Notes: a model not told the origin generated them from the letters alone. Positions 46,869-58,217 are shown, numbered from the stretch's first letter. The stretch: 64,000 nt of DNA from Candidatus Woesearchaeota archaeon (GCA_018653365.1 JABIAG010000001.1:260772-324771); one strand, 5' to 3'. Translations and numbers: made by a program.

Positions 46869-48668
46869 ATGCACTACGAAAAACTAGTAGAAACCTATGA
46901 AAAACTAGAAAGTACATCAAAAAGACTAGATAAAACCCATTATGTTTCTGAATTACTAAAAAGTACAACTGATGATATGGAAGAAATAACTTTGTTATTA
47001 CAAGGAAAAGTCTTCCCCTCTTATGATGAAAGAAAAATAGGCATGGCATCAAAACTAGTACTAAAAGCACTAAACATCGCAACAGGAACCGACGCAGACC
47101 AAATCATGAAAAGCTGGAAGAAAACTGGTGATCTAGGAAATAGTGCAGCAGAACTAATAAAAGAAAAAAGCCAAAAAACCCTATTCCAAACTAATCTAAG
47201 CGTAAGTAAAGTATTTACTAACATACAAAAAGTTGCATTAATCGAAGGACAAGGAACAGTAGATAAAAAACTAAAATTAATTGCAGAATTACTAACATCA
47301 GCAAAACCACTCGAAGCAAAATATATAATCCGAACAGTACTAGAAGACTTACGTGTAGGGGTGGGAGACGGAACTTTACGAGACGCAATAACCTTAGCAT
47401 TCCTAGACATTCCAGAAACAATATTCTCTAAATGCCCACGATGCCAAAAACTAATGCCAAAAATAGCAAGCTGCCTATATTGTACGGAAGACCTGCCTAA
47501 AATAAAAGAAAGTGGTGAAGACCGTGTAAAATATAATCTGTTATTGGAAGCAGTACAAAACGCTTACGATATGACAAACGACTTTGGACAGGTAGCAACA
47601 ATAGCAAAAACAAAAGGGTTGTCAGGATTACAAAATATTCAACTCAGTCCAGAAACTCCAATAAAAGTAATGTTATACCAAAAAGCAAAAGGATGGGAAG
47701 ACGCATTTGAAAGAGTAGGAACACCTGCAGCAGTAGAATACAAATATGATGGATTCCGAGTACAAGCACACGGTAAAGATGGAAACGTTAAACTATTTAC
47801 TAGAAGATTAGAAGAGGTAACAAAACAATTCCCAGAAGTAATAAACTGGATAAAACAAGATATTCAATCTAATGATTTTATCATTGATGGAGAAATTATA
47901 GGAATAAGTAAACAAGGCAAGTTTTTACCCTTCCAAAACATATCACAAAGAATCAAAAGAAAACATGAAATAGAAAAAATGGTAAAAGATTTACCTGTAG
48001 TAGTAAGATGGTTCGACCTAATGGAATTAGAAGGGAAAAACTATTTGAAAGAACCATATAGTGAAAGACGGAATGCTCTGGCTGGAATAATAAAAGAAAA
48101 TGATAACTTCAAAGCAGCAGAACAAATCATAACAGATGATATCGCAACAGGCGTAACCTTCTACGAAGAATCAATAGCAAAAGGAAACGAAGGAGTGATG
48201 GTTAAGAAATTAGATGCACCATACAAGCCAGGAAGTAGAGTGGGGTATGGAGTAAAAATTAAATCAACAATGGACCCACTAGACCTAGTAATAGTTGGAG
48301 CAGAGTGGGGAAAAGGCAAAAGATCAGAATGGCTATCCTCATTTATATTGGCATGTCAAGATGAAAACGGAAATATGTTAGAAATGGGTAGAGTCGGAAC
48401 AGGGATTAAGGAGAAGGCTGAAGAAGGAACAAGTTTTGGAGAATTAACTAAATTATTAGAACCATTAATCTTATCCGAAGAAAATAAAGTAGTAAAAGTA
48501 AAACCTAAAATTGTATTATCCATTGAGTACGAAGAAATACAACGTTCACCCTCCTATTCAGCAGGATACGCATTACGATTTCCAAGACTAAAAGAAATAA
48601 GAATAGACAAACCAGTAAGCGAAATATCAACACTACATGAAGTAGAAGACTTATATGAAGAACAATAA
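46869..48668 (+). CDS. lig: ATP-dependent DNA ligase
   Basis: Adenylation motif I EYKYDGFRVQAH (KxDG) and OB-domain motifs. Carries an unusual CPRCQ...CLYC zinc-ribbon insert in the DNA-binding domain. Confidence 0.9.
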   Translation: MHYEKLVETYEKLESTSKRLDKTHYVSELLKSTTDDMEEITLLLQGKVFPSYDERKIGMASKLVLKALNIATGTDADQIMKSWKKTGDLGNSAAELIKEKSQKTLFQTNLSVSKVFTNIQKVALIEGQGTVDKKLKLIAELLTSAKPLEAKYIIRTVLEDLRVGVGDGTLRDAITLAFLDIPETIFSKCPRCQKLMPKIASCLYCTEDLPKIKESGEDRVKYNLLLEAVQNAYDMTNDFGQVATIAKTKGLSGLQNIQLSPETPIKVMLYQKAKGWEDAFERVGTPAAVEYKYDGFRVQAHGKDGNVKLFTRRLEEVTKQFPEVINWIKQDIQSNDFIIDGEIIGISKQGKFLPFQNISQRIKRKHEIEKMVKDLPVVVRWFDLMELEGKNYLKEPYSERRNALAGIIKENDNFKAAEQIITDDIATGVTFYEESIAKGNEGVMVKKLDAPYKPGSRVGYGVKIKSTMDPLDLVIVGAEWGKGKRSEWLSSFILACQDENGNMLEMGRVGTGIKEKAEEGTSFGELTKLLEPLILSEENKVVKVKPKIVLSIEYEEIQRSPSYSAGYALRFPRLKEIRIDKPVSEISTLHEVEDLYEEQ

Positions 48669-49577
48669 CTATTTATTTCTACAACCAAATAATCTGATTT
48701 TATCCTCAACTACTGATTCTATCTCTTCTCGCCCTGCAGAAATAATCTTACGATAATCAAAATTAGTAGGGTTAAGTTGTAAAAATTTTCTGACACCATA
48801 ATCAAAAGCAATCCTCAAATCAGTATCAGTATTAACCTTCGTAATCCCTTTTTTTATTGCGCTTCTAATGTTTAATCTAGAAACTCCATGAGCATTAGCA
48901 ATTTTTGCACCATACTTATTTGCTTTGTTAACTAGCTCTGTTGAAACCTCTGAAGCACCATGAAGAACTAAAGGAATTGGAACAAGATCTTTTATCTCTT
49001 CTAAAATTTCAAAATTAAGTTCAGATTTACCTTTAAACTTGTAAGCACCATGACTAGTACCTATAGCAATAGCTAAATTATCGCATTGAGTTTGTTTTGT
49101 GAAATCTAACGCTTGATTCGGATTAGTATACTTAATCTTGCCTTTAACATAATCTTCCTGTCCACCAAGGGTTCCGATCTCTGCCTCAACAGATACGTTA
49201 TTCTTCTTTGCTAAGTTAACGACTGTTTTTGTAAGCTGAACATTCTTATTAAAATCAAAATGAGAAGCATCAATCATAACACTAGTATACCCCTTAAGGA
49301 TACACTGTTTTATGACATTCATATCATTTCCATGATCTAAATGAAGTGCAAATTTTTGTTTAGAAGATTTTGTTAAGTTTTGAAAAAGACTTACTATATT
49401 TTCTATTCCAGCATATTTAATTGCAGACTCAGAAGTGGCAATAATTGCAGGACTCTTAAGCTTATTACAAACATTAACAACAGCTTGCATGGTTTCAAGA
49501 TTTGAGACATTGAAATGAGGTAGAGCATATTTGCCTTTTCTAGCTTTGATTAGTAATTTGTTAGTGTTAACTATCAT
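48669..49577 (-). CDS. class II fructose/tagatose-bisphosphate aldolase
   Basis: YALPHFNVSNLE and HLDHGND metal-binding motifs. Confidence 0.8.
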   Translation of the reverse strand: MIVNTNKLLIKARKGKYALPHFNVSNLETMQAVVNVCNKLKSPAIIATSESAIKYAGIENIVSLFQNLTKSSKQKFALHLDHGNDMNVIKQCILKGYTSVMIDASHFDFNKNVQLTKTVVNLAKKNNVSVEAEIGTLGGQEDYVKGKIKYTNPNQALDFTKQTQCDNLAIAIGTSHGAYKFKGKSELNFEILEEIKDLVPIPLVLHGASEVSTELVNKANKYGAKIANAHGVSRLNIRSAIKKGITKVNTDTDLRIAFDYGVRKFLQLNPTNFDYRKIISAGREEIESVVEDKIRLFGCRNK

Positions 49578-50476
49578 CGCATTTCACTCCAGGTTAGAAG
49601 CTTATTCTTAGTACCCAAATGTTTCAAAACAGAAGAAGCATTTTTCATCCCAATATTTAATGCAGTCTTAATATCTTCACCCTTAATTCTTGCAGCAAGA
49701 AAGCCAGAAGTAAACGCATCACCCGCACCCGCAGTAGAAACAACCTTAGTTGGTTTAGCGGGAATTTTGAATTCATTAACCCCATCAAAATAATACACTC
49801 CCTTTTTACCCTCAGTAATAATAACTGTTTTAGGACCATACGAACTAATTATCTTAGCCAATTGTTTAGTGCCTGATTTTGATTTAGTCATTAATTGCGC
49901 TTCAACTTTATTCAAAACAATAATATCTGTTAATTTAAGAATTGGAGAAATCTTAGACTTTTGTTTAGCCAAATACTGAGAGGGGTTAAACAAAATTTTA
50001 GTGTTACGTTTTTTTACATATCTTGCTACCTCTTTACAGGTTTTGAAAGACTTGTTTAGATGCGTTGTCATGTACAACCATTTAGCTCTAACTTTCTTTA
50101 ACTTAAAATCATCTAAAGAAAGATCGTTATTAGCACCCTTAAATGTGAAAATAGTCCTATCTTTTTCTTTAGTCTCTAATAAGACAGAAAAAGAGGTTCT
50201 TAATTTAGAGAGCTTAGTCTTAATTACTTTAACATTTTCTTTTTTTAATTCTTTAAGAATTCTTTCACCATTATGATCATCACCAACCTTACCCAGGTAA
50301 GCAACTTTACACCCTAATCGTGCTAAAGAAACAGCACCATTAGTTCCTCCACCCCCAGTTTCATAATCAAGATTACTAACTAATGTTTTATCACCCGGAT
50401 GAATTTGTTTCATACTCTTATTGACATTAACAAACAAATCAATAGTAGAAGAACCCATGCAAACTACATCAAGCAT
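49574..50476 (-). CDS. PfkB-family carbohydrate kinase
   Basis: GGGGTNGAVSLARLG and the anion-hole motif AGAGDAFTSGFL. Confidence 0.8.
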   Translation of the reverse strand: MLDVVCMGSSTIDLFVNVNKSMKQIHPGDKTLVSNLDYETGGGGTNGAVSLARLGCKVAYLGKVGDDHNGERILKELKKENVKVIKTKLSKLRTSFSVLLETKEKDRTIFTFKGANNDLSLDDFKLKKVRAKWLYMTTHLNKSFKTCKEVARYVKKRNTKILFNPSQYLAKQKSKISPILKLTDIIVLNKVEAQLMTKSKSGTKQLAKIISSYGPKTVIITEGKKGVYYFDGVNEFKIPAKPTKVVSTAGAGDAFTSGFLAARIKGEDIKTALNIGMKNASSVLKHLGTKNKLLTWSEMR

Positions 50477-50552
50477 TTAATCACCCCTTTTTTCATGATC
50501 ATAAATTAACAATCAATTATATAAATGTTGCGATGAAGAATGTTTGTGGGGT

Positions 50553-51077
50553 TTAATTTGTTAACGTTTGCCAATTGTTTTTGTAATACTGAAACTTTTC
50601 TTCAAATTCTTCTCTTGGAGTTAAAATAATGTTTAGAGACTTGAGTTTATTCTTTAGGTTAGTAAGTTCTTCTTCATTATTCTCTTCACACATCTTCTCC
50701 ATTTCTATTATATGACCATAACCTTTAGTGAAATCCAAACAGACAGTTATATCCTCCCAAATGAATTGGGTTCGGTTTCTAAACCACTTAATTTCAATGT
50801 TGTAACCTAAACTGAGAAATAATTTTTCTAACTTTTCAAATTCATCCCTCTTAAATTTAATTTCAATTTCTTCACGTTGTTCATCATGAACAATGCCCTT
50901 TTTCATGGTTATCTTAGAATAAAGATTATTCTTTTGAATTCGTAAATCCTCTTTACAATCAAAATAAAAAGTTTCTTGATAATCTTCCTTTTCTAGTTCA
51001 GCATTAGTTTTAAAAAAATCTAACAAAGTATCGTATTGTTCTTTTGAAATAAAACTCTTAATCTCTACTTCTATCAT
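50553..51077 (-). CDS. CYTH-domain protein (triphosphate tunnel metalloenzyme/class IV adenylate cyclase-like)
   Basis: N-terminal EVEIK motif and a second ExE region. Confidence 0.6.
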   Translation of the reverse strand: MIEVEIKSFISKEQYDTLLDFFKTNAELEKEDYQETFYFDCKEDLRIQKNNLYSKITMKKGIVHDEQREEIEIKFKRDEFEKLEKLFLSLGYNIEIKWFRNRTQFIWEDITVCLDFTKGYGHIIEMEKMCEENNEEELTNLKNKLKSLNIILTPREEFEEKFQYYKNNWQTLTN

Positions 51078-51149
51078 GATGATTAATTGATGAATATTTA
51101 TTTAATGATTTCGGTAATCTTTTAAAATAGTGTTTAATTACCTATCTTT

Positions 51150-51761
51150 ATGAACATACTTGGACGAGAAGTAACCGCAAGGAAATATGGGAATTTACCT
51201 TTAATTAATGCATATGTGGCATTAAAAACCGGGGATTGTAAAAAGGAAATGAGTGCTGCTTACGTTTGTCTAGATAATTGTGAAAAGAGATTTATAACTG
51301 CACGGTTCGTTCAAGGACAACCAATTTCAGTTAAAGCAATAGTCCCTGGAGAACTCAGGGTAAGAGAAGATTTGTGTGAATTTGTAAGACAACATGAAAG
51401 TGCAGAATCTTTTATGCAAGCTCTAAGTCAACAATCAGGATATAGACTAATTGTTGAAGGTAATAAACAATCTTTATTTTATCAAGATGATCAAGTGGCA
51501 TTTAGTATACCCTGCGGGTATTCAAATAAAGCGGAGTTGTGGTCTTCCGAAGTTCAACAAAGTTTGGGCCAACTTTGTTCAAGATTTGGTGAAGTCGAAG
51601 CAATAGCAGAAAATGTTCTTTTAGAAAGACTTGTAGAAGATAAAGCATTGAGTGCACAATTAATGAACCCCATGATAATGCAAATGATGTCTTCAACTTT
51701 TGGATCTGAGGGAGAAAGGCTGGTGCGTATCTTAAGAGAAGCTCAAGCAAGACGAAATTAA
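51150..51761 (+). CDS. hypothetical protein (Lys-poor, Gln/Arg-rich)
   Basis: 203-aa ORF with atypical composition. Confidence 0.4.
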   Translation: MNILGREVTARKYGNLPLINAYVALKTGDCKKEMSAAYVCLDNCEKRFITARFVQGQPISVKAIVPGELRVREDLCEFVRQHESAESFMQALSQQSGYRLIVEGNKQSLFYQDDQVAFSIPCGYSNKAELWSSEVQQSLGQLCSRFGEVEAIAENVLLERLVEDKALSAQLMNPMIMQMMSSTFGSEGERLVRILREAQARRN

Positions 51762-51887
51762 ACTTCTTAGAAAGCTTTATAAACACCCTACTTTTTGTAA
51801 GTTGTATACCGTTGATTAATGAAGCCGTAAGGTGGAATGAGGTGACTATTCTTGTTACCAATTATATCAAATGGAGGAGAAAATAAA

Positions 51888-52358
51888 ATGAATCCAGAAC
51901 AATATTTAGAAGCAATAGAATCCGCAACTGCTTCAGGAAAACTAAAAAAAGGTGTTAATGAAGTAACCAAAGCATTGGAACGTGGAACTGCAAAATTAGT
52001 AGTAGCAGCATCTGATGTTTCACCAAAAGAAATAATCATGCACTTACCTTTACTTGCAAAAGAAAAAGGAACTCCTTACGGAGAAGTAGCATCAAAAGAA
52101 GAACTGGGAGCGGCAGCAGGATTACAAAGATCCACAGCAGCAATCGCAATTCTTGATGCAGGAAGTGCAAAAGACCTTCTTAAAAGTATAACTACTGATT
52201 CTGCAAAAGAAGCAAAAGAAGCAGCTCCAAAAGAAGAGAAAGTAGAAGAAAAGAAAGAAGAAGTTAAAGAAGAAAAACCTGCTAAAGAAGAAAAAGCAGA
52301 ATCAAAAGATTCTGAATCTCAGGACAAACCTGAGAAAGCAGAAGAAAAGAAAGAATAA
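51888..52358 (+). CDS. rpl7ae: 50S ribosomal protein L7Ae with Lys/Glu-rich C-terminal extension
   Basis: [44 protein letters not shown] matches the L7Ae core. GGAGG SD 8 nt upstream of the Met at 51888. Carries a ~45-aa KE-rich tail. Confidence 0.85.
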   Translation: MNPEQYLEAIESATASGKLKKGVNEVTKALERGTAKLVVAASDVSPKEIIMHLPLLAKEKGTPYGEVASKEELGAAAGLQRSTAAIAILDAGSAKDLLKSITTDSAKEAKEAAPKEEKVEEKKEEVKEEKPAKEEKAESKDSESQDKPEKAEEKKE

Positions 52359-52360
52359 AA

Positions 52361-52642
52361 ATGGCAGACGTAAACAAAAAAGCAGCTCCAAAAAAGGGAA
52401 AGGAAGAAGTTGTAAAAGGCGGAATGCACTTTACAAATGCGGTCCCTGCAAAAGTTGAAGAACTAATGGGCAGAACCGGAACCCGAGGAGAAGTTGAGCA
52501 AGTAAGATGTAAAGTTCTAGATGGAACAGACAAAGACAAAGTCTTACGAAGAAATGTTAAAGGTCCAATAAGAATTGGTGATGTGTTAATGCTAAGAGAA
52601 ACAGAAATCGAAGCACAAAAACTAAACCAACGAAGAAAATAA
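52361..52642 (+). CDS. rps28e: 30S ribosomal protein S28e
   Basis: [19 protein letters not shown]...[25 protein letters not shown] is a canonical S28e sequence. Confidence 0.9.
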   Translation: MADVNKKAAPKKGKEEVVKGGMHFTNAVPAKVEELMGRTGTRGEVEQVRCKVLDGTDKDKVLRRNVKGPIRIGDVLMLRETEIEAQKLNQRRK

Positions 52643-52677
52643 TCACGTTTTCATAACGTTATAAGGAGGCACAACGA

Positions 52678-52854
52678 ATGGTAAAATGTTCATATTGTAA
52701 TAGAGAAATAAAACCTGGAACTGGAAAGTTATACGTTACTAAAGAAGCAAAAAAGTATAATTTATGTTCCAACAAATGTGAAAAAAACATGCTAAAACTA
52801 GGCAGAGTACCGAGGAGACTAAAATGGATAACCAAGAAACAGAAGGACGAATAG
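52678..52854 (+). CDS. rpl24e: 50S ribosomal protein L24e
   Basis: Manual translation gives MVKCSYCNREIKPGTGKLYVTKEAKKYNLCSNKCEKNMLKLGRVPRRLKW (58 aa), which the ORF track misses. AAGGAGG SD upstream. It overlaps the ndk start. Confidence 0.8.
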   Translation: MVKCSYCNREIKPGTGKLYVTKEAKKYNLCSNKCEKNMLKLGRVPRRLKWITKKQKDE

Positions 52855-53363
52855 AACAAACACTATTCCTAATTAAACCAGACGGACTACAAAAATCCTT
52901 AACAGGAAATATACTAACAAAATTATCCGAAACTGGAATGAGACTAGTTGGATCAAAAGTACTAGTAGTACCAAGAGAACTAGCAGAAGAACATTATCAT
53001 AAACTAAAAGAAGAAAAAGGCGAAGCAATCTTTGAAGAAGTACTAAAATACATTCAAGGAGAGTTTCATACTGACAGAGTCCTAGCATTAGTATGCGAAG
53101 GCGTTGGCGTAATTGAAAAAATTCGTGCAGTTGCTGGGTCAACAAATCCAGAAAAAGCAGATCCAACATCAATTCGAGGAAAATACGGAAGAATACATTC
53201 AGAAACTAAAGTATTTGAAAACGTAGTACACACTTCTGACAGTGAAGAAGGTGCAGAACGAGAAATTAAGTTATGGTTCAGACCACACGAATTAACTCAC
53301 ACTATATATCCAACAAAAGAAGTTACTGAAGAAAAAACTGAATTAGATTGGGAGGAAAATTAA
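52824..53363 (+). CDS. ndk: nucleoside diphosphate kinase
   Basis: TLFLIKPDG, and the NVVHTSD catalytic-His motif. Confidence 0.85.
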   Translation: MDNQETEGRIEQTLFLIKPDGLQKSLTGNILTKLSETGMRLVGSKVLVVPRELAEEHYHKLKEEKGEAIFEEVLKYIQGEFHTDRVLALVCEGVGVIEKIRAVAGSTNPEKADPTSIRGKYGRIHSETKVFENVVHTSDSEEGAEREIKLWFRPHELTHTIYPTKEVTEEKTELDWEEN

Positions 53364-53364
53364 A

Positions 53365-55542
53365 ATGGCTAAAATGAGTGAAAGAGTAGTAAAAATTTCA
53401 TCAGATCCAAAACATATTAGAAATATCGCAATTTGTGCACACATAGATCACGGTAAAACAACTTTTTCTGACAACTTACTAGCGGGCGCTGGAATGATGT
53501 CCGAAGACCTAGCAGGAAAAGCATGTGTACTAGACTTTCACGAAGACGAATCCTCAAGAGGAATTACAATCGACTCTGCAGCAGTATCCATGGTACACGA
53601 AACCCAAGGAGCAGAATTTTTAATCAATTTAATAGACACCCCAGGACACGTAGATTTCGGGGGAGACGTAACAAGAGCAATGAGAGCAGTAGACGGCGCT
53701 ATTGTATTATCCTGTGCATCAGAAGGAGTAATGCCTCAAACTCAAACAGTTTTAAGACAAGCACTAAAAGAAAGAGTAAAACCTGTACTATTCATTAACA
53801 AAGTAGACCGGTTAATCAAAGAATTAAAATTAACACCAGAAGCAATGCAAGAAAGATTTATGAAAATCTTCAAAGAAGTAAATAAATTAATCAAAGAAAT
53901 TGCAGAAGAAGAATACGGCGACAAATGGCAAACTGACATTGTTGAGGGTTCAGTAGCATTTGGATCAGCATTTCACAACTGGGCACTATCAGTTCCATAC
54001 ATGAAAGAAAAAGGAATATCATTCAAAGACATAATTGATGCATACAATTCTGGAAATGATGATGATTGGAAAGCACTAGCAAAAAAAGCACCAATTCACG
54101 AAGTAGTACTAGGAATGGTAGTAGATCATTTACCAAACCCAGTAGAAGCACAAAAATACAGAATTCCAAAAATTTGGAGAGGAGATATAGAAAGTGAATT
54201 CGGAAAAGATCTTGCAAGCTGTAATCCAAACGGAAAATTAGGTTTTGTAATTACAAAAATAGTAGTTGATCCCCAAGCAGGAGAAATCTCTGCAGGAAGA
54301 ATGTTCTCAGGAACAATGAAAAAAGGAACCGAAGTTTATCTAAATCGACAAAAACAAAATTCAAGAGTACAACAAGTATTTGTATACAATGGAGCAAAAA
54401 GAGACTTAGTAGAATCAGTTCCAGCAGGAAACGTAATTGGCATAGCAGGAGTTAAAGCATTCCCTGGAGAAACAGTAACATTAGAACCTGAAGAACCATT
54501 CGAAGCAATTTCACACTTGTTCGATCCGGTAATAACCAAAGCAATTCAACCAGAAATGCCTGGAGACCTACCAAAAATGATCGAAGTACTAAGACAGGTA
54601 TCAAAAGAAGATCCCTCAATTAAAGTAGAAATTAACGAAGAAACTGGAGAAAGTTTAGTATCTGGAATGGGAGAATTACACCTAGAAATTATTGAAAACA
54701 GAATTCAAACAGAAAAGAATCTGAAAGTAAAAACCTCTCCACCAATTGTAACTTACAGAGAATCTATAACAAAAGAATCCATAGAAATGGAAGGAAAATC
54801 TCCAAACAAACACAACAAACTATTCTTCAAGGTAGAACCTTTAGAAGATGAAATGTACAACGCAATCAAAAAAGACCTAGTACCTTCAGGAAGAGTAAAG
54901 AAAAAAGACAGTTCTTTATGGAAAGCTCTAGAAGAGGGTGGAATGGATTCCAAAACATCCAGAAAAGTAAGAGACATATTCGAAGGAAACATGTTTATTG
55001 ACGGAACAAGAGGACTAGTATACATTAACGAAATTATTGAAATGGTACTAGACATGTTCGAAGACGTAATGAAAGCAGGACCACTTGCAAAAGAACCATC
55101 CAATAAAGTAAAAGTAACACTAATGGACGCAAAATTACACGAAGATGCAATCCACAGAGGACCAGCACAAATGTATCCTGCAGTAAGAAACGGAATTCGA
55201 GCAGCAATGATGCAAGCCGCACCAATACTACTTGAACCAATGCAAATCTTACAAATTGACACACCCACCGATTACACTGGAGAAATTTCTAAATTGATCC
55301 AAAACAAAAGAGGACAATTACTAGAAATGGATAATCAGGGAGCTCTTACAGTAGTAAAAGCAAAAATGCCGGTAGCAGAATTAATGGGATGGAGTTCAGA
55401 CCTACGTTCATCAACAGGTGGAATGGGAACAAGTTCAATCGTAGATCAGTCATTCGAAAGAATGAATACAGACTTACAAGATAAAGTAGTAAAACAAATC
55501 AAAGATAGGAAAGGACTAACTGACGCAATGCTTGGAGTTTAA
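53365..55542 (+). CDS. fusA: translation elongation factor 2 (aEF-2)
   Basis: IRNIAICAHIDHGKTTFSDNLLAGAGMMS G1 motif, DTPGHVDF, and the diphthamide-region H at the domain IV tip. Confidence 0.95.
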   Translation: MAKMSERVVKISSDPKHIRNIAICAHIDHGKTTFSDNLLAGAGMMSEDLAGKACVLDFHEDESSRGITIDSAAVSMVHETQGAEFLINLIDTPGHVDFGGDVTRAMRAVDGAIVLSCASEGVMPQTQTVLRQALKERVKPVLFINKVDRLIKELKLTPEAMQERFMKIFKEVNKLIKEIAEEEYGDKWQTDIVEGSVAFGSAFHNWALSVPYMKEKGISFKDIIDAYNSGNDDDWKALAKKAPIHEVVLGMVVDHLPNPVEAQKYRIPKIWRGDIESEFGKDLASCNPNGKLGFVITKIVVDPQAGEISAGRMFSGTMKKGTEVYLNRQKQNSRVQQVFVYNGAKRDLVESVPAGNVIGIAGVKAFPGETVTLEPEEPFEAISHLFDPVITKAIQPEMPGDLPKMIEVLRQVSKEDPSIKVEINEETGESLVSGMGELHLEIIENRIQTEKNLKVKTSPPIVTYRESITKESIEMEGKSPNKHNKLFFKVEPLEDEMYNAIKKDLVPSGRVKKKDSSLWKALEEGGMDSKTSRKVRDIFEGNMFIDGTRGLVYINEIIEMVLDMFEDVMKAGPLAKEPSNKVKVTLMDAKLHEDAIHRGPAQMYPAVRNGIRAAMMQAAPILLEPMQILQIDTPTDYTGEISKLIQNKRGQLLEMDNQGALTVVKAKMPVAELMGWSSDLRSSTGGMGTSSIVDQSFERMNTDLQDKVVKQIKDRKGLTDAMLGV

Positions 55543-55754
55543 TTTTTTATTTTATCTAATTTGTCTAAAGCTAGAATTAGGTGTTCTCCGGTATGACTTC
55601 GGCCTTTTTTTATTTTTTTCCCAAGTTCTTTAATTGTTTCGTGATCGTCTATAAGTAAGGTCCTTCCAATTCCCTTTAGACCCTCTAATGCTAGTTCGAT
55701 TTGAAAACAAACTTCTTCAAGCTGGGCTTTAATTTCATCATCCATAATCTCCAA
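55539..55754 (-). CDS. small hypothetical protein
   Basis: 71-aa non-repetitive ORF between fusA and tuf on the opposite strand. Could be spurious. Confidence 0.3.
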   Translation of the reverse strand: MEIMDDEIKAQLEEVCFQIELALEGLKGIGRTLLIDDHETIKELGKKIKKGRSHTGEHLILALDKLDKIKN

Positions 55755-55897
55755 TTACATATAATAATATAAAAACTTTGTGCATTTATGTGGAAAAGAT
55801 TTTCACCACAAACAAAGAAGTTTTCTTAGAAAACTTTATAAAGAGATCTTAAGTTCCGTTAGTTAATAACAATCCTAAATAAGGAGGAAAAAATAAA

Positions 55898-57181
<1,284 letters not shown>

Positions 57182-57250
57182 TTCCATAATTTTTATTTTT
57201 TTTTAATTAAATATATATGGTGAACAAAGTTTACCATAATGGTACGAAAA

Positions 57251-57562
57251 ATGCAAAAAGCAAGAATTAAAATAGCGTCAACGGACATTGGCAAAATAAA
57301 TGAAGTTTGTAGCTTTATTAAAGATATTTCTGAAAAAACAGGCGTTGCATTAAGAGGACCAATACCATTACCAACTAAAAAACTAAAAATTACCACTCGT
57401 AAAAGTCCATGTGGAGATGGCAAAGCTTCTTGGGAACGATTCGAAATGCGAATACATAAAAGACTAGTTGATTTAGGCATAGATGAACGTGCATTAAGAC
57501 TGGTTATGAGAGTACCAATACCCGAAGGACTAAATATTGAGATTGAAATGTTAGATAATTAG
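57251..57562 (+). CDS. rps10: 30S ribosomal protein S10
   Basis: [12 protein letters not shown]...[12 protein letters not shown] matches uS10. An alternative start at 57239 is possible. Confidence 0.9.
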   Translation: MQKARIKIASTDIGKINEVCSFIKDISEKTGVALRGPIPLPTKKLKITTRKSPCGDGKASWERFEMRIHKRLVDLGIDERALRLVMRVPIPEGLNIEIEMLDN

Positions 57563-57612
57563 ATTTCTTTTAACACTAAATTTATTAACACATTATTTCT
57601 AAACATAACATA

Positions 57613-58176
57613 ATGGATTCAGCATTACTTACCCTCCTCCTAAACAATGGATACCTAATCATATTCTTATTAGTATTCTTATATGGACCTGTGATAACAT
57701 ATGCAGGAGGGTTTTTAGCGTCGTTAAGTCTAATGAATGTATGGATAGTTGTACTAGTAACAATATTTGGTAATATCATACCTGACTTAGTACTATTTTG
57801 GATAGGAAAGACAAGCAGAACGAAAACAATAAACAAAATAGCAGATTACCTACACTTAACAGCACCAAGAAGAAAAAAGATAGAAAAACTACTAAACAAA
57901 CACATAATCAAAGCAGTAATCATATTCAAACTAATACCTGGACTAGCAATACCTGGAATGGTACTGGCGGGATATTCAAAAACCTCTACAAAAAAATTCA
58001 CCCTAATCAGCATAACCTATAATATTATTGCAGCAATAGTCTTTGCATTATTAGGATTTTATTCAGGAATAGCATCAACACTATTCACAACAGGAAAGAA
58101 CTTAGTAATTGTACTAATAGTTCTTGTAATAGTAATATACGGATTACTAAAATATTTTAAGAATAGAGTAGAATGA
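57613..58176 (+). CDS. DedA/VTT-domain membrane protein
   Basis: Conserved LVFLYGPVITYAGGFLAS motif region and about 5 TM helices. Confidence 0.65.
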   Translation: MDSALLTLLLNNGYLIIFLLVFLYGPVITYAGGFLASLSLMNVWIVVLVTIFGNIIPDLVLFWIGKTSRTKTINKIADYLHLTAPRRKKIEKLLNKHIIKAVIIFKLIPGLAIPGMVLAGYSKTSTKKFTLISITYNIIAAIVFALLGFYSGIASTLFTTGKNLVIVLIVLVIVIYGLLKYFKNRVE

Positions 58177-58217
58177 AAAACGTATTATTTATATAGAAAG
58201 ACTTCTAGAATATATAC

